A stretch of 64,000 nucleotides of DNA from a bacterium (GTDB lineage: Bacteria; JAHJDO01), in contig JAHJDO010000103.1 of the NCBI GenBank assembly GCA_018812485.1, positions 3,929 to 67,928 of the forward strand, written 5' to 3'. The notes beneath the pieces were generated by a model. It made no database searches. It had not been told where the DNA came from and saw only the letters and a list, made by a program, of their open reading frames with translations. Shown here in pieces: positions 1 through 7,588 of this stretch (its first letter is position 1; the number at the start of each line of letters is the position of its first letter). The position numbers and the translations under genes were made by a program.

Positions 1-552
1 GATTTAGTGGTGCCCTCTCTTGATGGAGCAACACAAGATGTATTTGAGAAAGTAAATAGACCCTGTGCATCTTTAAAAATAGAAAACACAATCAGAGGAA
101 TGATTGATTTTAAGAAAATATATAAAGGTAAAATGTGGCTTGAGATAATGCTTGTTAAAGGAATAAACGAAACTGAGGCTGAACTAAATGCCTTAAAGGC
201 AGCAGTAGAGCAAATTAAGCCTGATAAAATCCAGCTAAATACTCCTGTTCGTCCTCCATCTGAAGAATGGGTAAAGGCATTAAGTGCTTCAAGACTTATC
301 AAAATAAAGAATTTTTTTGGAAATAAGTGTGAGATTATCGCCAAGTTTGCGAGAAAGAGACATAAGGCATATCTCAAGGATGTAGAGGATGAAATTCTTA
401 CTCTGATCAATCGTCGTCCTGTAACGTCTAAGGATATATCGTCTTCCTTGGGTTTGCACATTAATGAGGTTATAAAATATGCAGAGGATTTGGAAAAGCA
501 GAAAAAAATAAGCTCAAAAATCTATCAAGGGAAGAGATATTTTCAAAAATGA
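1..552 (+). CDS. C-terminal fragment of a radical-SAM-type enzyme with a winged-HTH-like tail; the 5' end lies outside the window
   Basis: The reading frame is open from the window edge (ORF track 7..552). It overlaps the next radical SAM gene by 4 nt (ATGA), so the two are operonic. The C-terminal segment ILTLINRRPVTSKDISSSLGLHINEVI looks HTH-like. The family assignment is weak. Confidence 0.35.
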   Translation, partial: DLVVPSLDGATQDVFEKVNRPCASLKIENTIRGMIDFKKIYKGKMWLEIMLVKGINETEAELNALKAAVEQIKPDKIQLNTPVRPPSEEWVKALSASRLIKIKNFFGNKCEIIAKFARKRHKAYLKDVEDEILTLINRRPVTSKDISSSLGLHINEVIKYAEDLEKQKKISSKIYQGKRYFQK

Positions 553-1265
553 ATCTGGTAATAAAGGGATTTATTCAAACCTCGCTTCTTGACTGGGATG
601 GGAAAATCGTCTCTACGCTTTACACGCCACACTGCAATTTTCGATGTCCTTACTGTCAAAATGCAGGGCTTATTATCACCCCCCAAAAGTTAGAAACCAT
701 TTCTTTTAGAGTAATTAAGGAGTATTTGCTTAAAAACAATAGATGGATTGATGGAATATGTTTAACAGGCGGCGAGCCATGTATGTATAAAGATTTGCCA
801 AAATTTATTCAAAAAATACGAGAACTTGATGTGATGGTAAAGCTTGACACTAATGGGGGATTCCCCGATATGCTCGCAGAGGTAATTAAGAGGAAATTAG
901 TTAATTACATAGCTATGGATATAAAGGCGGCTCTGGATTTCACGTCATATTCCAAATCTACTGGTATCAAGAATCCCTTGATTTTGGAGAAAGTTAAGGA
1001 TAGTATTAGATTAATAATGGAATCTGATATTGATTATGAGTTCAGGACTACTGTAGTGCCAACTTTACATAAAGAAGGAGATATATTGAGAATAGCTGAA
1101 TTTATTAAAGGTGCAAAAAAATATGCTATGCAGAACTTTTCAGTCCAAGGTGAGATACTAGACCCAAAATTTAAGAAAGTTAAGCCCTATCCAATAGAAA
1201 AACTGAATAAGATCCAGAAACTGGTTTCTCCTTATGTAGAGGAGTGTGTGGTAAGAGGAAGTTAA
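549..1265 (+). CDS. Radical SAM activating enzyme, PflA/NrdG (glycyl-radical activase) family
   Basis: The N-terminal cluster CNFRCPYCQN is a CxxxCxxC motif. A GGEP motif (CLTGGEPCMY) follows. Size is 238 aa. The TAA stop is followed by an RBS for coaD. Confidence 0.6.
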   Translation: MNLVIKGFIQTSLLDWDGKIVSTLYTPHCNFRCPYCQNAGLIITPQKLETISFRVIKEYLLKNNRWIDGICLTGGEPCMYKDLPKFIQKIRELDVMVKLDTNGGFPDMLAEVIKRKLVNYIAMDIKAALDFTSYSKSTGIKNPLILEKVKDSIRLIMESDIDYEFRTTVVPTLHKEGDILRIAEFIKGAKKYAMQNFSVQGEILDPKFKKVKPYPIEKLNKIQKLVSPYVEECVVRGS

Positions 1266-1269
1266 AATT

Positions 1270-1752
1270 ATGAATAAAATAGCAGTATATCCAGGCACTT
1301 TTGATCCCATAACTCACGGACATATTGACCTTATCAAAAGAGGCATTAAAACATTTGATAAATTAATTGTTGCAGTTGCGCATAATCCTGACAAAAATCC
1401 CCTTTTTACAGTTTCTGAAAGAGTGGACATGTTAAGGGAGATCACAAAAGATATGAAAAATGTGGAAGTTGATGATTTTGGAGGGCTTCTTATTGATTAT
1501 GTGCGCATTAAAGGGGCAAATGTTGTTTTAAGAGGCATTCGTGCCTTTTCTGATTTTGAGTATGAATTTCAAATGGCTTTGATTAATCGAAAACTATCTC
1601 CGGAAACAGAGACAATATTTATGATGCCAAATGAGTCCTTCTCCTATGTTAGTTCCAAGATAATAAAGCAAATTGCATCCATGAACGGAGATATCTCCAA
1701 ATTTGTTCCAGAAGTTGTAAAAGAATATCTGAAGAAGAAATTAAATTTTTAA
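1270..1752 (+). CDS. coaD: Phosphopantetheine adenylyltransferase
   Basis: The N-terminus AVYPGTFDPITHGHIDLIKRG is the canonical CoaD T/HxGH nucleotidyltransferase motif. Size is 160 aa. Confidence 0.9.
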   Translation: MNKIAVYPGTFDPITHGHIDLIKRGIKTFDKLIVAVAHNPDKNPLFTVSERVDMLREITKDMKNVEVDDFGGLLIDYVRIKGANVVLRGIRAFSDFEYEFQMALINRKLSPETETIFMMPNESFSYVSSKIIKQIASMNGDISKFVPEVVKEYLKKKLNF

Positions 1753-3075
1753 CCCATTGCTGGGCAGGCGTTTTATAATATCTTTCAGGGTTAACTTATC
1801 AAGAATCTCTGTTTCAGCTTTCCTTGCATCAGAAAGAATATCTTTTAGATATTTAGTGATGTTATCCTCTGTAATTTTAGGTATGTTTTCTCCATATTCC
1901 CTAAATACATCCAAAACTTTTCCGGCAGTAATTGCTGCTTCTATAGAGAATGAGGGTTGATATGAAGACTCTTTGCCACTAACCTCGTTAATCAATCCGC
2001 CTTCTGTAAGCTGGAAAAGGATCTGATTTACAAGTCTTATTGATACATCAAACTTTTTAGAGAGTTGAGCAGCTGTTAGTGGTTGTTTCGCTTTATAAAA
2101 ATTACTGGCTATACTTATCATAATTCTTAATCCAAGAAGTTCTTTGCATTTTGGGCTTATAGATAAGGATTTTCCTTCTCTTGTGTATGTTCTCACATTT
2201 TGATGCGCAAAGGATATTTCTGCACCAAATAGGACTATTAGCCAGCTAATGTAAAGCCAGATAAGAAAAACCGGAATAGAAGCAAATGTCCCATAGATTG
2301 CGCTATACCTTGAAACACCTATCTGAAAGTGAATGTGTCCCCATTGAGCAAACTGCCACAAAGTTCCTCCAATAATCCCTGCTGTTAAGGCAGACGAGAA
2401 TTTCACTTTTGTATTAGGCATAAACATGTAGATAAAAGTGAACACAAGCCACATAGATAAATATGGAGTCATTCTTAACAGTTGATGCATGAGAACTCCG
2501 ATGAATTCCATACCAAGTATTTTGTTGACCAGACTACTATTTGATAGAAAGGCATTTACGCCTGTTGTACAAAGCGCGAGAATCGGACAGATTAAAATTA
2601 CGCTCAGATAGTCAGTAAATTTTCTGAATATATTTCTGGATTTTTTAATTCCCCAGATATCGTTAAAGGATCTCTCAATGGTCCCCAACACAATAATTAA
2701 TGTCCATATTAAAAAGACGAGTCCTACTATACCCAGAGTTTTTAGACTAGTTTTACTGGCAAGATCAATAATTTTCGTTACAATCTCTTGTGTTACTGCA
2801 GCCTTCTCAAGCACTATGCTTTTCACTGCATCAAATGCGCCAAAGGCTTTTGATATAGAAAAGATGAAGGCTAAAAAAGGGATTATAGCCAGAAGCGTTA
2901 CATAAGTTAGTCCAAAAGCCCTGAGCTGACATTTATCTGTAATAAATCCTCTTGCAACCATATATCCCATTTTTAGAATATTATATGCCCATTTTTTAAG
3001 ATAGGACAGGCCTGAGAGCTCCCTCTCCCACAGATCCTTTAAAATAAAGTTTGTTATTCTTTTTATTATGCTCAT
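1741..3075 (-). CDS. YihY/BrkB-family inner membrane protein with an about 150-aa C-terminal extension
   Basis: It has multiple hydrophobic helices. The N-terminus (LRAFGLTYVTLLAIIPFLAF) is typical of YihY/BrkB. It is convergent with coaD and overlaps it by 12 nt. Confidence 0.75.
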   Translation of the reverse strand: MSIIKRITNFILKDLWERELSGLSYLKKWAYNILKMGYMVARGFITDKCQLRAFGLTYVTLLAIIPFLAFIFSISKAFGAFDAVKSIVLEKAAVTQEIVTKIIDLASKTSLKTLGIVGLVFLIWTLIIVLGTIERSFNDIWGIKKSRNIFRKFTDYLSVILICPILALCTTGVNAFLSNSSLVNKILGMEFIGVLMHQLLRMTPYLSMWLVFTFIYMFMPNTKVKFSSALTAGIIGGTLWQFAQWGHIHFQIGVSRYSAIYGTFASIPVFLIWLYISWLIVLFGAEISFAHQNVRTYTREGKSLSISPKCKELLGLRIMISIASNFYKAKQPLTAAQLSKKFDVSIRLVNQILFQLTEGGLINEVSGKESSYQPSFSIEAAITAGKVLDVFREYGENIPKITEDNITKYLKDILSDARKAETEILDKLTLKDIIKRLPSNGLKI

Positions 3076-3106
3076 AGCTCTACCATCTACTTATTAATAT
3101 ATGTTA

Positions 3107-3137
3107 TTATAACAAGTTATGCAATAATTTGTTATAA
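3107..3137. promoter_or_regulatory. 9-bp perfect inverted repeat (TTATAACAA-N13-TTGTTATAA) overlapping a TATAAT -10 box in the divergent yihY/araC intergenic region; candidate operator
   Basis: I read it directly: ttataacaa occupies 3107-3115 and ttgttataa 3129-3137, with tataat at 3133-3138. Confidence 0.3.
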
Positions 3138-3175
3138 TATAGTGGCTTTTTTAAAATTGAATGGGAGAAGCAAAG

Positions 3176-3841
3176 ATGAATCCTCTTTATCCTATGAAGA
3201 AGGAAAAGGAATTAGTCGCCAGGATTAAACTTGGTGATAGCACTGGAGCAAAAACCATTCTTAATAAACTAGTTGGAGAGATACTTTTTGCAAATGCAGA
3301 AAAAGGAGATGTGCGTAAAGCACGAATTCTGGAGCTTATTGTTGTAATTTCAAGAGCCGCAGTTGAAGCTGGAGCTAATATGGAGAAGTTATTGGGGCTT
3401 AATTATACGTATATAGGTGAATTATCTGAAATAAATGAAGAAGAAGCATTGTATAAATGGATGATAAAAGTGTTCTCTTCTTTTATGGAGGAAGTGTCCA
3501 GATCAAGCAATAAAAAGAATATGGCGATTGTAGAACGCGCAATGAAATGCATGAGAACTAATTATAACAAGAGTCTAACATTAAGTAAGATAGCGAAGGC
3601 TGCATATGTCAATACCTATTATCTGAGCCATCTTTTTAAGAAAGAGCTAGGCATGACTGTTGTTGACTATCTTACTAAGGTTAGGATTGAAGAGGCAAAG
3701 AGACTTTTGCAGAATGATAAAATGAGTATTATTGAAATTGCATTAGAAGTTGGATATGAAGACCAGAGTTATTTTAGTAAGGTATTCAAGAGGAATGAGC
3801 ATACAACTCCAATGGTCTATCGCAAAAGAAATCTGATATAA
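3176..3841 (+). CDS. AraC-family transcriptional regulator
   Basis: The C-terminal HTH_AraC signature reads YYLSHLFKKELGMTVVDYLTKVRIEEAKRLL...SYFSKVFKR. The ATG at 3176 is preceded by GGGAGAAG, whereas the ORF-track start at 3161 has no RBS. Confidence 0.75.
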   Translation: MNPLYPMKKEKELVARIKLGDSTGAKTILNKLVGEILFANAEKGDVRKARILELIVVISRAAVEAGANMEKLLGLNYTYIGELSEINEEEALYKWMIKVFSSFMEEVSRSSNKKNMAIVERAMKCMRTNYNKSLTLSKIAKAAYVNTYYLSHLFKKELGMTVVDYLTKVRIEEAKRLLQNDKMSIIEIALEVGYEDQSYFSKVFKRNEHTTPMVYRKRNLI

Positions 3842-3944
3842 AAAACAATATATTCCCAAAAAAGGCAATATATGTCGAGACTTAATCAGTATTATATGTA
3901 TAATCTCTAAAATACAATAAAAACTTTTGAAAGGAGAACTGGTT

Positions 3945-4577
3945 ATGGCGGATTTACAGGCAATAGCAGACAGCTTAATTAAAGGACAGGCGCAAGCGGT
4001 TTCAGATTTGGTTAAGAAGGCTGTGGATGAAGGTGTTGGTCCTGAAGAAATTCTAACTAAAGGACTCATTGCAGGTATGAATATAATAGGAGCAAGATTT
4101 AAGAAGAACGAGGTCTATGTTCCTGAGGTTCTTATAGCCGCAAGAGCAATGCATGCAGGAATGAAGATTTTGGAACCATTGCTTGCTGAGGCTGGAGTAA
4201 AGCCCCTTGGTAAGATAGCAGTAGGAACTGTTAAAGGCGACCTTCACGATATTGGCAAGAATCTGGTAGTTATGATGCTTAAAGGAGCAGGGTTCAATGT
4301 GGAAGACCTTGGTGTTGATTGCGATGCTCAGAAATTTATTGATTCTGCAAAGGGTGGAGCACAGATAATAGCTATGTCAGCACTACTAACAACAACAATG
4401 CCTTCAATGAAGACTGTGATAGATACTCTGAAATCCGCAGGAGTTAATGTTAAAACAATGATTGGGGGAGCACCTATTACACAGGGATATGCTGATGAGA
4501 TTAAGGCAGACGGCTACGCTCCGGATGCTGCCTCAGCAGTTGATACGGCAAAGGAGCTTATAGCAGCGATTAGCTAG
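3945..4577 (+). CDS. Corrinoid (cobalamin-binding) protein, MtbC/MtmC/MtaC-like
   Basis: It carries the B12-binding motif DLHDIGKNLV (DxHxxG). It also has an N-terminal B12-binding-2 helical cap and a Rossmann-like C-terminal half. The ATG at 3945 is preceded by AAAGGAGA, whereas the ORF-track start at 3927 is a TTG without an RBS. Confidence 0.8.
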   Translation: MADLQAIADSLIKGQAQAVSDLVKKAVDEGVGPEEILTKGLIAGMNIIGARFKKNEVYVPEVLIAARAMHAGMKILEPLLAEAGVKPLGKIAVGTVKGDLHDIGKNLVVMMLKGAGFNVEDLGVDCDAQKFIDSAKGGAQIIAMSALLTTTMPSMKTVIDTLKSAGVNVKTMIGGAPITQGYADEIKADGYAPDAASAVDTAKELIAAIS

Positions 4578-4794
4578 AAAGTATTTCAACAGCCTTTTCT
4601 CTTGATTTTGCACCTTTGATTATTCTGATGTGGTTTTTCTTTATTTTAAAATGTTCCGCTAGCACTTTAATCAGAGCTTTATTTGCCTTGCCGTCTATGG
4701 CCGGAGCGCTTATGTGCACCTTAAGCTTTCCCTGATCTTCAGAAACATTATTTTTTTTAGCATTTGGAATTACTCTTATATTTATCAGTTTCAT
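4570..4794 (-). CDS. DUF167 (YggU-family) small protein
   Basis: Size is 74 aa. The pattern KLKVHISAPAIDGKANKALIKVLAEHFKI is characteristic of YggU/DUF167. Confidence 0.65.
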   Translation of the reverse strand: MKLINIRVIPNAKKNNVSEDQGKLKVHISAPAIDGKANKALIKVLAEHFKIKKNHIRIIKGAKSREKAVEILSS

Positions 4795-4835
4795 TTTGTC
4801 TCCAACTCATCCCCTAGTTAATTTAATAAAAACTA

Positions 4836-4864
4836 CTTGCAGTATAGCAAAATTGCGTTATCAT
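4836..4864 (+). promoter_or_regulatory. Putative sigma70-type promoter of typA (cTTGCA-17-TATCAT) containing the shared motif TAGCAAAATT
   Basis: The -35 box is at 4836-4841 and the -10 box at 4859-4864. The -10 box ends 7 nt before the ATG at 4872, and there is no SD sequence, so the transcript looks leaderless. Confidence 0.4.
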
Positions 4865-4871
4865 GCAACAA

Positions 4872-6707
4872 ATGAAAAATAAAATGGAAATTCGAAATAT
4901 TGCTATTATCGCCCATGTTGATCATGGAAAAACAACTTTAGTAGATTTTTTACTGAAGGCAGGAGGCGCGTTTAACGCTCATGAAACGGTTGATGAGCGC
5001 GTGATGGACAGTAATGATCAGGAAAAGGAGCGTGGAATTACGATTTATGCCAAAAATGCAGCAATTCATTATAAAGGGACGAAGATTAACATTGTGGACA
5101 CACCAGGTCATGCTGATTTTGGTTCAGAGGTAGAACGTGTTTTGCGGACAGTGGATGCGACCGTTCTTTTGGTGGATGCCTGTGAGGGACCTATGCCACA
5201 GACTAAGTTTGTTCTTTCTAAGTCATTAGGTCTTGGTTTACCTGTTCTTGTTGTGATAAATAAAATCGATAGGCCCGCTGCAAGGCCGGACAAGGTGGTT
5301 GATTTAACCTTTGATTTATTTGGCAGACTTGGGGCGTCTGATGAACAAATGGATTTTCCTTATATGTATACAATTGCCCGTAAGGGAATTGCTATTCGAA
5401 ATTTAAAGGACGAACATAAAGATATTACTCCTCTTCTGGATTTTATTCTGGAGAATGTTCCGGCTGCGAAGGCAGATACCGAAAAAGATTTTAGAATGCA
5501 GCCAGCCACCTTGGCTTACGATAACTTTTTAGGCAGAATAGCGGTTGGCCGTGTTTATGAGGGTAAGGTTACCTCAGGTCAAATGGTGACTGTACTGAAT
5601 TCTGATGGCGAAAGTCGTTCAGCACGATTAACTAAGCTTTTTACATTTCAGGGGCTGAAGAAAGTTGAGGTTTCAGAGGTAGAAGCGGGGGACATTGTTG
5701 CCATTGCAGGTATTTCAGATATTTATGTAGGGGAAACTATTACAAATAACCCTGATGTTGAGCCGCTTCCTGCTATTCGGGTTGATCCACCTGCGCTTGC
5801 AATGGATTTCATGGTTAATACTTCTCCTTTTGCAGGGCGAGAGGGGAAGATATTAACAAGCCGCAATATTCGGGAACGTCTTTTAAAAGAGCTGGAGACC
5901 AATGTTGGATTGTCTGTTGAAATGACTAATAATACAGATACGTTCAAGGTTTATGGTCGTGGAGAAATGCACCTTTCGGTTTTAATTGAAAGTATGCGTC
6001 GGGAAGGTTTTGAGCTTCAGGTTTCTCAACCACAGGTGGTTTTACAGGAAATTGATGGCGTTTCTTCCGAGCCGATTGAGTCGGTAGTAGTGAATGTACC
6101 AAAAAATATGGCTGGAAAAATCATTGAGATATTATCCTCTCGAAAAGGGATGATGAAAAATATGTCGAATGAAACTGGTAATACGATCATGGAATTTGAA
6201 ATTCCGACACGAGGACTGCTCGGCTTCCGTTCAACCTTTGTTACTTTAACCAGAGGAGAGGGGACTTTATATCACTCTTTTAGTCATTTTGCTCCTCATT
6301 GCGGGAAGATTGAAAAGCGTAAAGTTGGATCAATGGTTTCGGGAGCGACCGGGACAGCAACTGCTTATGCATTATGGAACCTTCAGGAGCGCGGACCTAT
6401 CTTTATTCATCCGGTAACGGAGGTGTACGAAGGTATGATTATTGGAGAGCATAATCAGGGGACTGATTTAGCGGTCAATCCTGTTAAGGGTAAAAGCCTT
6501 ACGAATGTCCGTGCTTCTGGTGCTGATGATGCAATTAACCTGACTCCACCGGTGGAGGTTGAGCTTGAAAAGGCGCTTGAATACATTCAGGATGATGAAT
6601 ATGTGGAGGTGACTCCTAAGAACATTCGCTTGCGTAAGAAGTATTTAACAGAGAACGACAGAAGACGTCACAGAAGAGCATCCGCATCTCGAAAGAAAAT
6701 TAAGTAA
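4872..6707 (+). CDS. typA: Translational GTPase TypA/BipA
   Basis: The G1 motif AHVDHGKTTLVD is followed by DTPGHADF and NKIDR, and the protein has EF-G-like domains. Possible starts are 4863, 4872 and 4887, and homology begins at MEIRNIAII (4887). Confidence 0.9.
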   Translation: MKNKMEIRNIAIIAHVDHGKTTLVDFLLKAGGAFNAHETVDERVMDSNDQEKERGITIYAKNAAIHYKGTKINIVDTPGHADFGSEVERVLRTVDATVLLVDACEGPMPQTKFVLSKSLGLGLPVLVVINKIDRPAARPDKVVDLTFDLFGRLGASDEQMDFPYMYTIARKGIAIRNLKDEHKDITPLLDFILENVPAAKADTEKDFRMQPATLAYDNFLGRIAVGRVYEGKVTSGQMVTVLNSDGESRSARLTKLFTFQGLKKVEVSEVEAGDIVAIAGISDIYVGETITNNPDVEPLPAIRVDPPALAMDFMVNTSPFAGREGKILTSRNIRERLLKELETNVGLSVEMTNNTDTFKVYGRGEMHLSVLIESMRREGFELQVSQPQVVLQEIDGVSSEPIESVVVNVPKNMAGKIIEILSSRKGMMKNMSNETGNTIMEFEIPTRGLLGFRSTFVTLTRGEGTLYHSFSHFAPHCGKIEKRKVGSMVSGATGTATAYALWNLQERGPIFIHPVTEVYEGMIIGEHNQGTDLAVNPVKGKSLTNVRASGADDAINLTPPVEVELEKALEYIQDDEYVEVTPKNIRLRKKYLTENDRRRHRRASASRKKIK

Positions 6708-6715
6708 TCTATTAA

Positions 6716-7453
6716 TTAGTTCTTGTTTCTCCGTTGAAAACCCATCATTTCTTGTTTGAGTTTATCGTTTTGTTTTTTCAACGATTTCAGTCGGGGGATA
6801 AAATCATCAATAAATTTGATGACATCACGCTCTTTGTTAACGTTGTAAAATAAATCCATCAGATCCATTACAACATTTCCAATCATCCATAAGTCAGTTT
6901 TGACATGATAATCGTCTTCTATATCAAAAAAAGGTGTTTCGAATTTTCTAGACTGGACATCAATTTTGAATGTTTTTTGTGCATCCACAATATTTGAGTG
7001 AGCCCTTTTATTGATCGAACTCTTCATGTTTTTAATGGCATCTGACCCGGTTTTGTAATTTTTCTCAAGCCACTTATACCTTTTTTTGGTTAGCGCGTCT
7101 GATGGATTTATTATTCCCTGATTGTCAAAGTTGGCAAAATCTTTAAGGTCTGGATTTGCTATGGCATAAGCAGCACACGCCCCAGCTTCTAAGACTTGTC
7201 TCATATCCATCATTGCTTGTGTGCGGTGAAGGCGCACTGCAGAAAAAAGAGCGAGCATGTGATGCTTTCTGATTTGAGATAGAAAAGCTGCAAAAATGGA
7301 GCGATCAGGGGCGATTGTTTTGAGAAATTCATTTAAAAGATGGTTGAAATCGGAGGCGTTAACAAAATATTCTTCGTAGCGTTTAGCTCCTTCGAGAACC
7401 ATTTCTCTTTCACTGTCCAGAATTTCTCCGATTGTAGATTGTTTAAAGTCCAT
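6716..7453 (-). CDS. Hypothetical protein (245 aa), no recognisable domain
   Basis: It is a long clean ORF on the strand opposite both flanking housekeeping genes. It is hydrophilic with a K-rich C-terminus. Confidence 0.5.
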   Translation of the reverse strand: MDFKQSTIGEILDSEREMVLEGAKRYEEYFVNASDFNHLLNEFLKTIAPDRSIFAAFLSQIRKHHMLALFSAVRLHRTQAMMDMRQVLEAGACAAYAIANPDLKDFANFDNQGIINPSDALTKKRYKWLEKNYKTGSDAIKNMKSSINKRAHSNIVDAQKTFKIDVQSRKFETPFFDIEDDYHVKTDLWMIGNVVMDLMDLFYNVNKERDVIKFIDDFIPRLKSLKKQNDKLKQEMMGFQRRNKN

Positions 7454-7561
7454 AGTTTAAACAAACGGCGGCATTTCACCTAACCCGTTTCCATCCACAT
7501 TGTTTTCACTAACATGTTCTTTCCTGCATATCACAAAAACACATATAAGCTATTTATAGTG

Positions 7562-7581
7562 TAGCAAAATTAGGTTATTAT
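7562..7581 (+). promoter_or_regulatory. Putative priA promoter -10 (TATTAT) preceded by the same TAGCAAAATT motif seen upstream of typA
   Basis: The -10 box is at 7576-7581, 7 nt before the ATG at 7589, and there is no SD. The motif at 7562-7571 sits the same 18-nt distance from the ATG as in typA. Confidence 0.4.
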
Positions 7582-7588
7582 ACAATAA

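Noticed and set aside
3743-4069. 108-aa minus-strand ORF bridging the AraC 3' end and the corrinoid protein 5' end.
   Set aside because: It is antisense to two supported genes and their intergenic region. It has no RBS.
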